From the NCBI RefSeq assembly GCF_000253055.1, contig NC_016070.1:780001-812000 (forward strand): a stretch of 32,000 nucleotides of DNA, read 5' to 3'. This stretch comes from Thermoproteus tenax Kra 1. Its GTDB lineage: Archaea > Thermoproteota > Thermoprotei > Thermoproteales > Thermoproteaceae. The position numbers and the translations under genes were made by a program. The notes under the pieces were generated by a model. That model was not told the origin of the DNA. It saw only the letters and a program-made list of their open reading frames with translations, and did not search any database. Numbering within the stretch: the stretch's first letter is position 1; each line of letters opens with the position of its first letter. Of this stretch, positions 1 to 7,742 are shown piece by piece.

Positions 1-61
1 GTTGTATCAAGGACCCTCTAGGCGTCCATTAATATATATATTATACTTTAAGCCTATAGTT

Positions 62-574
62 ATGAACTTCGAGATATATCCAGCGTTGCTGATAGCTGTT
101 TTCACGGCATTAGGCGGCTATATAATAAGAGACCTACAAGCGCTATCGATACTGGTAGCCCTCTCCTCGGTCGCGGCCTTTCTGTTGGCTATATTATTCA
201 ACGCACCTGCGGCGGTCTTAGGTCTCCTTGGCCTGACTGTGGCGGCCGTGAGGATAATACGAAGGCCGGAGCTCAGAACTTGGAGGCAGAGGATATATAG
301 ATCGAGGAGGAGACTCGAAGAGCTTGAGGAAATGACAAAACAGCTTTCCCGCATCCATATAATGGACCTAGTTCCGGCGGGATCCAAAAGGGCCATCCAT
401 CCTAAGTTGGTCGAACTGGTCGATATGGCCGATAAAGCTACATCGTTGGGCTACCAAGTCTCAGAGCCTCAGTGGCTGAAAATCCTGAGAACATATAGGA
501 GACTACTAGGTTCGCAATTCGAGGCCGAGGCGACGACTATAGTGGGCGAAACCGACGTCTTCGAGCTCGAGTAG
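62..574 (+). CDS. hypothetical membrane-anchored protein (two N-terminal hydrophobic helices, charged helical C-terminal half)
   Basis: ORF track 2..574 (TTG start). ATG at 62 (MNFEIYPALLIAVFTALGG...) is preferred because the AT-rich TATA-like run ttaatatatatattatacttta (29-50) is centred about 24 nt upstream. No family motif recognised. Confidence 0.5.
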   Translation: MNFEIYPALLIAVFTALGGYIIRDLQALSILVALSSVAAFLLAILFNAPAAVLGLLGLTVAAVRIIRRPELRTWRQRIYRSRRRLEELEEMTKQLSRIHIMDLVPAGSKRAIHPKLVELVDMADKATSLGYQVSEPQWLKILRTYRRLLGSQFEAEATTIVGETDVFELE

Positions 575-589
575 GGCTCCGTCTAGCAG

Positions 590-1066
590 TTAATATAACA
601 ATATACTTTCAATTCCACTTCTTCTAAGCGCCTTTACTGTCTCAAGGTTGTCGTCAAAATGGGCCGCGATATCTAGACCGGATCTAAGTAGCCTTAAGAT
701 TGTGTCAGTCTTATAGACAGGATCGGACCGCGCATCTTCAGATGGGCGCATGAACAAGTCCTCGTAGACTACGTTGTACGCGCTCAGCTGGCGTTCCGTA
801 CACTCTCTCATTGTCTCAGGCCTTCCTGTCACGAGCACAATTTTGAACCCTCTATTATATAAATAATTTATAAAATCTATATTATTAATCTTAGGGCTAT
901 CTAAGTATAGTTTATTACAATCTAGAAAACATTTCCAGTCTATCGTCGAGCCGTTAATACACATCGATAGCCTCCTCGTTGCATCTATCAATACGCCATC
1001 TATATCGGAGCTCAGCACAATGCGCTGGTCCCACTTGTTAGTCGGCCCTTGAGGGAGCCGCATCAC
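590..1066 (-). CDS. HAD-superfamily phosphatase/hydrolase
   Basis: Motif I DIDGVLID (DxDxV/T), motif II VLVTGRPE, C-terminal acidic motif HFDDN. Size 158 aa. Overlaps the upstream ORF by 29 nt. Confidence 0.6.
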   Translation of the reverse strand: MMRLPQGPTNKWDQRIVLSSDIDGVLIDATRRLSMCINGSTIDWKCFLDCNKLYLDSPKINNIDFINYLYNRGFKIVLVTGRPETMRECTERQLSAYNVVYEDLFMRPSEDARSDPVYKTDTILRLLRSGLDIAAHFDDNLETVKALRRSGIESILLY

Positions 1067-1382
1067 TATATCTTATAATGCCCAACTGTTCGGCGATCTT
1101 CAGGTACCAAAATGCGAGATGGCGCGCCAGAGAGGACAGAGCTCTCTCGGCGTCGGAGGCCCCGAAGATCTCAGAATAGGCCGCTGTGGCGGATTCTGGA
1201 TCTAGTCTCTCCCTCAACAGCCGTGCAAGCTCTTCAACGACCTCGGAGGCCGGCCTGCCTGACATATCGGCTATAGTCCGCAGTAGCGAGGAGTTGGGTA
1301 TTACTTTGTCTATCAACTCGGCCCTTCCTCTCTCTCGCAACTTCTCGACGTAACGCGCTATAAGCGGGTCGTCGAGCTCCAT
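1038..1382 (-). CDS. hypothetical protein (114 aa, helical, charged)
   Basis: ORF overlaps both same-strand neighbours (25 and 29 nt), consistent with an operon. No motif recognised. Confidence 0.4.
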   Translation of the reverse strand: MELDDPLIARYVEKLRERGRAELIDKVIPNSSLLRTIADMSGRPASEVVEELARLLRERLDPESATAAYSEIFGASDAERALSSLARHLAFWYLKIAEQLGIIRYSDAAPSRAD

Positions 1383-2275
1383 AATATTCTAAACATATCC
1401 ACCATATCGTCGCGTCTGTACTTAGGCTCATAGCCCAACAGCGACCTAAGTTTTTCACACGAGAATTTAATTCCGGCATATTTCAGCAACCCCCTTATTG
1501 ACGGCGGGGCGAGAGCTCTGGCCAGCGCCAGCGGCATGGGCAATTTGACGAGGCGTCGCCCAGCGGCCTCCTCCAGCGCCGTAATGACTTCGTTGAAGCT
1601 CAGCGGCTCGCACTGGGTGGCGAAGAAATACTGCCGGGCAGTGATGTGAACAGCCCTTTCTACTATTTCCGATAGATCGCTTACAGATATGGCCGAGAAG
1701 CTCAAGCTAAGCCTTGGGGCGAGACCCCGCCTTGCCAAGTCCACTAGCTTAGCCCACTCGGGGTGGTCGTTGTAGGGCCCGTAGACAGCAGTAGGCCTTA
1801 TTATGACCCAGTTGTTGGCACACTTAGATATAATGCGCTCTCCCTCGGCCTTAGTTTCATCGAAGTAGGTCGCAGGCCTTATACCCACCAAGTGCTCCTC
1901 CTCCTCTTTAACTGTCGTCCCGATTGGGCCTACCACTGTGGCGCCCGATATATGTATCAAGCGGCCGCTCCATCCGGCTTGACTCAATGCTGAGCATAAC
2001 CTCTGCGGGAAGCCCACGTTGGCGTCCCAGACCTCCTTGCGGCCGCCGTGCAAGGCGGCCACTAGGTTCACAATGACATCGGGCCTCGACTTCACCACGG
2101 CCTCTCTGGGGTCATCGTATTCAAACACCTCGAGGCCCTCTATTGCTTTTTTAATCAAGGGTCTGACAGCTACTGCCCTCCTTCTGGCGACTAACACGCG
2201 GTGTCCCCTTTCGGTCAAATACTTGGCTAGGTTGGCTCCGATGAAGCCCGCGCCGCCGAACAATAGAAATATCAT
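1358..2275 (-). CDS. NAD-dependent epimerase/dehydratase family protein
   Basis: N-terminal Rossmann motif LLFGGAGFIGANLAKYL, length 305 aa typical of SDR-type sugar-nucleotide epimerases. ATGA 4-nt overlap with the upstream ABC ATPase. Confidence 0.8.
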   Translation of the reverse strand: MIFLLFGGAGFIGANLAKYLTERGHRVLVARRRAVAVRPLIKKAIEGLEVFEYDDPREAVVKSRPDVIVNLVAALHGGRKEVWDANVGFPQRLCSALSQAGWSGRLIHISGATVVGPIGTTVKEEEEHLVGIRPATYFDETKAEGERIISKCANNWVIIRPTAVYGPYNDHPEWAKLVDLARRGLAPRLSLSFSAISVSDLSEIVERAVHITARQYFFATQCEPLSFNEVITALEEAAGRRLVKLPMPLALARALAPPSIRGLLKYAGIKFSCEKLRSLLGYEPKYRRDDMVDMFRILWSSTTRL

Positions 2276-2883
2276 TCAGATACAACGGCCCCATCTCTGA
2301 TTAAATAACTTCTGTCGCACGGGACAAGGGGCTCTCCGTGGGATACATAGCCTATCACCACGCCGTCCCTGGAGATCTCTCTTAAGGCGTAGGCGAGGAG
2401 CTTGCGCCCCTCGCCGTCAAGGTAAGTCTCCGGCTCGTCGAGCAACAGTGCCTTTTTTACGCATGAGAACGCAATAGCGAGCTGTAGCCTACGCCTTTGG
2501 CCCGGGGACAGAGCGGCCGCCGATCTCGAAATATACTTAGACAAACCGAAGTACTCGATCCAGCTCAGCGTAGTGCTCTTGCCGCAGATTGATACGAGGG
2601 ATTTCACGGGCACTGAGAACAGATCTGGTGATTGTGGTACATAGGCGATACTGCCTCTGAGCTTTTCCGCATGGGACCACTCCTGTGGAGTAATTCTGTG
2701 TCCAAAGATAAAGAGGGCTCCCTTGTCGGGTATCTCCAACAGAGCCAAAATCTTCATGAGCGTGCTCTTTCCAGAGCCGTTGGGACCTCGGATGCAGTTT
2801 ATACCGCTCTCTAGATCTATTGTCGCCCCCCTCAAAGCGGCGATGGATCCGTAGCTCTTCCAGAGGTTCCGGGCCGAAATCAC
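2272..2883 (-). CDS. ABC transporter ATP-binding protein (short form, no C-terminal regulatory domain)
   Basis: Walker A GPNGSGKST, signature LSPGQRRRL, Walker B LLLDEP, H-loop VSHG. GTG start at 2883. Confidence 0.85.
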   Translation of the reverse strand: MISARNLWKSYGSIAALRGATIDLESGINCIRGPNGSGKSTLMKILALLEIPDKGALFIFGHRITPQEWSHAEKLRGSIAYVPQSPDLFSVPVKSLVSICGKSTTLSWIEYFGLSKYISRSAAALSPGQRRRLQLAIAFSCVKKALLLDEPETYLDGEGRKLLAYALREISRDGVVIGYVSHGEPLVPCDRSYLIRDGAVVSE

Positions 2884-2910
2884 ACCAGAGGAACGGATGG
2901 AGGCGGAGAT

Positions 2911-3120
2911 AAATCTCTGATTTCTAATTAGAATAATAAGAAAATAAGTATATTAGAATAAAATATTCTTAAAAATAGAAAAGAAATATTATTAAAAAGT
3001 TACTAATAAATCAATTTGAATAAATCGTTACTATTTATATATGATAATAAAATAACAATAATATAAAATATTTATTTTTAAAAGTATATAGTAAAAAGTT
3101 AATAGACAAGATTAATATTG
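2911..3120. promoter_or_regulatory. extremely AT-rich divergent intergenic block (about 13% G+C by my count)
   Basis: I counted 27 G/C in 210 nt. It lies between the divergent starts at 2883 (-) and 3125 (+). It contains the inverted repeat AGAATA-aaa-TATTCT (2955-2969) and two direct 10-mers: ATTAGAATAA (2927-2936, 2952-2961) and TAAAAAGTTA (2993-3002, 3092-3101). Confidence 0.6.
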
Positions 3121-3124
3121 GCCT

Positions 3125-4171
3125 ATGAACAAGCTGATCGTTATTGCAATATCTATAGTGGTTGTTTTTGTTGCTATCCTTCTAGTTTTGGCTAACAGCG
3201 GCGTAAGACAGACCCAGAGCGCCAATAGGTCGATCATCTTATGCATCGCCGGCGCCTATGCCGCCGAAGGGTCGTACCTCGCCAAAGCGTTTGGAAACAG
3301 TACAGGCGCGCAGGTTCTCGTAAAGCCTGGCGGCTCCTTCGCACTGGCGCAACAGATAGCCTTGGGATATCCGTGCAACGTCTTCATGCCGGTCGCATTC
3401 AGACAAGCAGTGTCCATGATGGGCGCCTACGACCCAGGCTGGGCCATCGCCGTAGCCGCCGATAGCAACGTCATAGTATATTCAAATGCCTCTCTGTCGG
3501 CGTTTCCGGACATGGGCAAAGTGATCGAGGAGTATAGGAAGGCGCACTACTCTAACAGCTCCGACGCATGGTACAGCTTCTTCAACGATCTGACCTCAGG
3601 CAAATACAAGCTCGGAGTTGCAAATCCATCAACGGATCCAGAGGGCCTCTACGCGATGTTAATACTCCAAGCCGCTGGCGTACTCTATGCGCACAACGCC
3701 ACCTACTTTATAGCTCGAATGATAGCGAATGGAGCAAACGTCACAAGAACTAGTACTTTCTACTATGTAGTGCCCCTCAAAGAGGGGCAGATGTCGTTTG
3801 TATTTTCTTATAAGTCGTACGCCGTGTCCAACGGCCTCCAGTATCTGGAGCTGCCCCCGTGGCTCAACTTTGGCGATAGTGGATACACCGGCTGGTACTC
3901 GAGGTTCTCCTACACGATATCGGTTGGAGGAAAGGGCTTGGAGATAAAGGGCTCTCCGGTATACTTATACGTCACAATACCGAAGGGCTCTAACAATAAG
4001 TTGGCGCTCGACTTCGTCCTATTCATCTTAGAGAATAGATCGGCTTTAGCCAGATACGGGCTGACCCCCCTTGAGAGACCCATCGTATTTGGGAACACGA
4101 CGGCGCTCCCTGAAAAATTGAGGGATCTTTTGAACAATGGATCGCTTATATACGGCGGACAGCTGACATAG
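3125..4171 (+). CDS. extracellular solute-binding protein, molybdate/tungstate (WtpA/ModA-like) type
   Basis: N-terminal membrane anchor/signal MNKLIVIAISIVVVFVAILLVLANSG. Oxyanion-SBP-like segment NPSTDPEGLYAMLILQAAG. Followed by an ABC permease gene. Confidence 0.6.
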   Translation: MNKLIVIAISIVVVFVAILLVLANSGVRQTQSANRSIILCIAGAYAAEGSYLAKAFGNSTGAQVLVKPGGSFALAQQIALGYPCNVFMPVAFRQAVSMMGAYDPGWAIAVAADSNVIVYSNASLSAFPDMGKVIEEYRKAHYSNSSDAWYSFFNDLTSGKYKLGVANPSTDPEGLYAMLILQAAGVLYAHNATYFIARMIANGANVTRTSTFYYVVPLKEGQMSFVFSYKSYAVSNGLQYLELPPWLNFGDSGYTGWYSRFSYTISVGGKGLEIKGSPVYLYVTIPKGSNNKLALDFVLFILENRSALARYGLTPLERPIVFGNTTALPEKLRDLLNNGSLIYGGQLT

Positions 4172-4174
4172 ACG

Positions 4175-4624
4175 ATGGAGTCACAATGTTTTGAGCCCAT
4201 AGGATTCGTTAGACACAATTATAGTGATGATGAAGTTAGGCGGAGAGGCCGCGTTGAGGGGACCGTTGTGGTTTTCGAAAAATATAAAGAGGGGCTCAGA
4301 GGCCTTGAGGAGTTCAGCCACATCATAATCGTCTCATTTCTCCACAAATATAGGGGGAAGCCTCTCTTGGTTAAACCCAAGAGGCTAGAGAGGGCGGGAC
4401 TTCAAGTCCCTGAGGTCGGCGTCTTTGCCACAGACAGCCCCGAGAGACCAAATCCCATCGGTCTATCTATAGTGCAACTCACGAGAGTGGACGGCAACGT
4501 GATCTACGTCTCCGACTTGGATCTTTTTGACGGAACTCCTGTGTTGGACATTAAGGCCTTCTCTCCATCTCGTTGTCCCAAAAGCGCGACGGCACCGATG
4601 TGGACCTTATTAGACAATGTATAA
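4175..4624 (+). CDS. TrmO/YaeB (UPF0066, TsaA-like) SAM-dependent methyltransferase-fold protein
   Basis: Family-typical segments PIGFVRH, EFSHIIIVSFLH, RPNPIGLSIV and DGTPVLDIK. Starts 3 nt after the SBP stop and overlaps the permease start by 8 nt. Confidence 0.7.
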   Translation: MESQCFEPIGFVRHNYSDDEVRRRGRVEGTVVVFEKYKEGLRGLEEFSHIIIVSFLHKYRGKPLLVKPKRLERAGLQVPEVGVFATDSPERPNPIGLSIVQLTRVDGNVIYVSDLDLFDGTPVLDIKAFSPSRCPKSATAPMWTLLDNV

Positions 4625-5375
4625 GAATCTACTAATTATTTCAATAATATCTATTATATTTTTATTGTTTCCATTTATTGTACTTTTATATTATGGCTTC
4701 GGCCCATTCTTCTCTCCCCAGTATGCGTTCAGCTCGGAGCTGTTCAAGTCGATCGCAGTGTCCTTCGCGGCATCGGCCCTGGCCGTGATGATAAACGTCG
4801 TGTTTTTCACGCCTGTGGCGTTTTTAACCGCAAGAAGGGAGAACGCGCTTTTGGACGCTCTAATAGACATACCTGCCTCAGTCCCCCACCCAATGGTAGG
4901 AATAGCGCTCGTACTACTCTCGAGCCCGCAGACGGCGTTGGGACGGGTCGCCAATCTTCTGGGGATCAACCTCTTTAACTCGCTGACGGGCTTGGTCTTG
5001 GCTTTGACGATAGTGTCTGCTCCAGTCTACACGCGCGCGATGCAGAACTACTTCAAGGCACTGCCTCGGGAGCCCGAGCTCTTCGTTGCTAGCCTCGGCG
5101 GGAGCGACATCAAGATATTCTGGCTGGTGGTAAGGAGCTCCTTGAGGGGCCTTCTCTCCGCCGGCTTGACTGCGATGTCTAGGGCGATCAGCGAGTTCGG
5201 CGCAGTGGCTGTTATCGCCTATTATGTCAACTTCTGGCCTTTTGGACTAGCTCCAACTGCCTCCGTATATATCTGGACCTCATTTGAGAGCTACTATCTA
5301 TCTGCAATACCGGCAGTGGCAACTCTGTTCCTAGTCTCTCTGGCGCTATTGGCCGTGGGTCGCCTTATCCGCTAG
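4617..5375 (+). CDS. ABC transporter permease (ModB/WtpB/CysT-like)
   Basis: About 6 hydrophobic segments. EAA-loop-like SRAISEFGAVAVIAYY. Operon position after the SBP. Confidence 0.75.
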   Translation: MYKNLLIISIISIIFLLFPFIVLLYYGFGPFFSPQYAFSSELFKSIAVSFAASALAVMINVVFFTPVAFLTARRENALLDALIDIPASVPHPMVGIALVLLSSPQTALGRVANLLGINLFNSLTGLVLALTIVSAPVYTRAMQNYFKALPREPELFVASLGGSDIKIFWLVVRSSLRGLLSAGLTAMSRAISEFGAVAVIAYYVNFWPFGLAPTASVYIWTSFESYYLSAIPAVATLFLVSLALLAVGRLIR

Positions 5376-5942
5376 CTCCTCCGTGTACTTCTTGTACTTC
5401 TCCATAAGGGACTCCGAGATCTGCGGATCGGGCATCAGGACAATAAACTCCACATCCTCTTCCGCATATCTATAGCTATGCCAGTAGCGGAAGCGGAGAT
5501 CGCCGGTGAGATATATCATGGCGAGCCTCCTTTCGCCAAAAGCATGGCGTAGTTTGCAGTTGCATCCATCTATTCTATCATCAGTCAATACGTAGAACTC
5601 CGCGCCGCAGTCACAGAGCCAGTACGTCTCGTTCCTCACGTGGACGAATAGAAACGAATCTATTCTGTTCTCAACCCTCCTGAATATGGGCTCGATAACT
5701 CCCTCAATGTAGTGTATTAGGGTCAAGGGCGTGTGTAGAGGGAATATGTGCATCTCACCCGACGCTGGTTGCCAGACATATTGTCTGCTCCTCTTGATGG
5801 GCTCTATGAGTCCCTTAAAGTATAGCTTGTTGAGCGCCCTCAGAACCTTGTGACGCGGCTGGCCGGTCAACTTAACTAGCTCCGTTGTAGTGGCCCCTCC
5901 CCTCTCTCTTATCAACTTGAGCAACTCGTCCTCTAAACTCAC
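5346..5942 (-). CDS. winged-helix DNA-binding protein with a Cys-containing C-terminal domain (hypothetical regulator)
   Basis: N-terminal wHTH-like LIRERGGATTTELVKLTGQPRHKVLRALNKLYFKGLI. C-terminal CDCG...GCNC cluster. GTG start. 3' end overlaps the convergent permease gene by 30 nt. Confidence 0.5.
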   Translation of the reverse strand: MSLEDELLKLIRERGGATTTELVKLTGQPRHKVLRALNKLYFKGLIEPIKRSRQYVWQPASGEMHIFPLHTPLTLIHYIEGVIEPIFRRVENRIDSFLFVHVRNETYWLCDCGAEFYVLTDDRIDGCNCKLRHAFGERRLAMIYLTGDLRFRYWHSYRYAEEDVEFIVLMPDPQISESLMEKYKKYTEELADKATHGQ

Positions 5943-5977
5943 AATATGTTCAGAATATCTCTTTAAAAATTATTTTG

Positions 5978-6606
5978 TTAGATCAGCTTGGAGAGCTTCT
6001 GCTCCGCGTAGTCCCAATTGACTAAGTTCCACCAAGCGTTTACGTAGTCGGCCCGTTTGTTCTTGTACTGTAGATAATACGCGTGCTCGAACTCGTCCAC
6101 TATTATCAAGATGGGCGCCTCCCCTATGTGGTTGAGGAAGTGGTTCTCGAAAGTCATGATCTGTAGGTTGCAGTCTCAGTATCGTAGTACAACGCAGTCC
6201 ACCCAGTGCCGGGCAAAGAGTTTGCGGCCTCGGTGAACACCGCCTTAAATCTATCGAAGCTGCCGTACTGTTTCTCTATTAAGTCGGCCAACAGGCCGCC
6301 CGGCTTTCCTCCGCCCTTGCCCGCCGGAGCCATGCTGCGCCAGTATAAGTCGTGGAGCTTATGGCCGTTTATGTTGAATGTCAGCCCCCTCAAGATTCCC
6401 TGTATATCATATTGGCCAGCCCCGAGCTCGCCCCTAATGATCTTCTCAACTCTCTCCAACAGAGCGTTTGCCCCATTGACGTAACCCTTATGGTGGCCGT
6501 TATAGTGGACATCCACGATCTCCTTGCTGATGTAGGGCTCTAGGGCATCCATGTTGTAGGGGAGCGGCGGCAACTCATATCTCTTGAACAGAAGTTTTGT
6601 TACCAT
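5978..6606 (-). pseudogene. sod: Fe/Mn superoxide dismutase whose reading frame is interrupted by a 1-nt indel (or a sequencing error)
   Basis: The N-terminal part (ORF 6154..6636) has YELPPLPY and [10 protein letters not shown]. The C-terminal 59-60 codons in the -1 frame (5978..6170) read [11 protein letters not shown]...[16 protein letters not shown]...WWNLVNWD. The likely true start is ATG at 6606 ([12 protein letters not shown]), because gcttaaatatac (a TATA box, minus strand, 6623-6634) sits about 22 nt upstream. Confidence 0.85.
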
Positions 6607-6868
6607 AGGCAGACCCGGAGCTGTATATTTAAGCATTGAATTAATACCGAAATCCCCAAGGCTTAAACCGTAGAAAAATCCTCCTTTCTAGTGCGTCGAC
6701 AAAAACATAAAGCTTGCGCTGGCGACCCCTCGCTTCAAGAGGCGGGATCCTCCGGAGGGGACAGTATTACGAGGGCTCATATTCAGGCTCGGGCCCAGCT
6801 AGGCAGTTCTCACACGCCGACTGAGGGTGGAGGACACAAGAGAAATAATAAGATCGTCACGAAAGGCC

Positions 6869-7570
6869 ATGATACTGGCCTACGCAAGGGGGCCCCCGAT
6901 CGCTATCTTTGCTGGATCGTGGCTGTGCACTAAGTCTCCTGTTGACGGGACGCCCGTGGCCCTTGGGGAGCCCATAGGCGATTGTGAGAACGCGGACAGA
7001 TTAGCTCAACTATCCTCTTTAGCCACAGCAGTCTATATGATAAAGTCTAGAGGAGTCAAGGTATATTACGGGGGATCCTCGCCTGAGGAGGAGTTGGCCG
7101 CATATGCGGGCGGGGCCGACGGGACGTTGTCTGAGATAAAGCATAGGTTCGGTGTACCAGACCAAGCCGACGATGCTGCGTTGCTGGTCGTTGAGGCAGA
7201 CAGTCTGGAGGAGCTCAGAAGGTACGTGCGTCGTGCAGGCGAGGTCTATAGGCGACGGGTGGAGGTCGCTCTTTTGGCGAGATTCGAGGCGGCAGTGGAG
7301 CTAGGCCAATATATTTCAAGCTTTGTGATAACCAAGGCGCCAGATATCGTGTCCTTCGAGCCGGCGACGAGTCTACCCGAGATAGGAAGGTGTATCCACT
7401 GCGGGGTGGACTTTCTTATGTACGGCGCTAAGACAAAGAGGTGTATCTACTGTGGCCGCGCGCTTAGAGGCGTCATAACTCAGCGTAAGCCGACGTTAAG
7501 GCCAGAGATATTGCGGGCGATACACAGGAAGTTGGCGGACAACTTACCCAAGAAGATCGTAGTGATATAG
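6869..7570 (+). CDS. hypothetical protein with C-terminal zinc ribbon
   Basis: ORF track 6827..7570 (GTG); an ATG at 6869 is an alternative start. C-terminal CIHCG-x17-CIYCG pair. No family recognised. Confidence 0.45.
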   Translation: MILAYARGPPIAIFAGSWLCTKSPVDGTPVALGEPIGDCENADRLAQLSSLATAVYMIKSRGVKVYYGGSSPEEELAAYAGGADGTLSEIKHRFGVPDQADDAALLVVEADSLEELRRYVRRAGEVYRRRVEVALLARFEAAVELGQYISSFVITKAPDIVSFEPATSLPEIGRCIHCGVDFLMYGAKTKRCIYCGRALRGVITQRKPTLRPEILRAIHRKLADNLPKKIVVI

Positions 7571-7742
7571 CATCTCCGGATCAGAATAACGAATATATAA
7601 GGTCTTCAAAACAATATAGTTTACCTACTAAGATCCTGAAACTTTAGAGTAATTATATATTACGTGTTTTCTAGGCTATAGCCGGATCATCTATCTCTTC
7701 GAGTTTAATAGGTAGTATTAATACCACTCGTAATAACGCCCC

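Noticed and set aside
2884-3124. The AT-rich block as a chromosomal replication origin
   Set aside because: There is no orc1/cdc6 gene nearby, and I could not find repeated ORB-type dyad elements flanking the AT tract. It is kept only as a low-probability alternative inside the corresponding finding.
6150-6180. Programmed -1 ribosomal frameshifting in sod
   Set aside because: There is no slippery X-XXY-YYZ heptamer at the junction (…act gca acc tac…) and no obvious downstream pseudoknot. A 1-nt deletion in an A run or a sequencing error is simpler.
6691-6933. An 80-aa ORF upstream of and overlapping the 247-aa Zn-ribbon protein gene
   Set aside because: It is out of frame with the better ORF, has basic/Gly-rich composition, and lies in the sod divergent promoter region.
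6749-7683. Perfect 10-bp palindromes CCTCCGGAGG (6749-6758, sod upstream region) and GGCTATAGCC (7674-7683, ppsA upstream region) as operators
   Set aside because: About 30 perfect 10-bp palindromes are expected by chance in 32 kb (1 in 1024 positions). With no repetition or known regulator motif, they are not evidence on their own.
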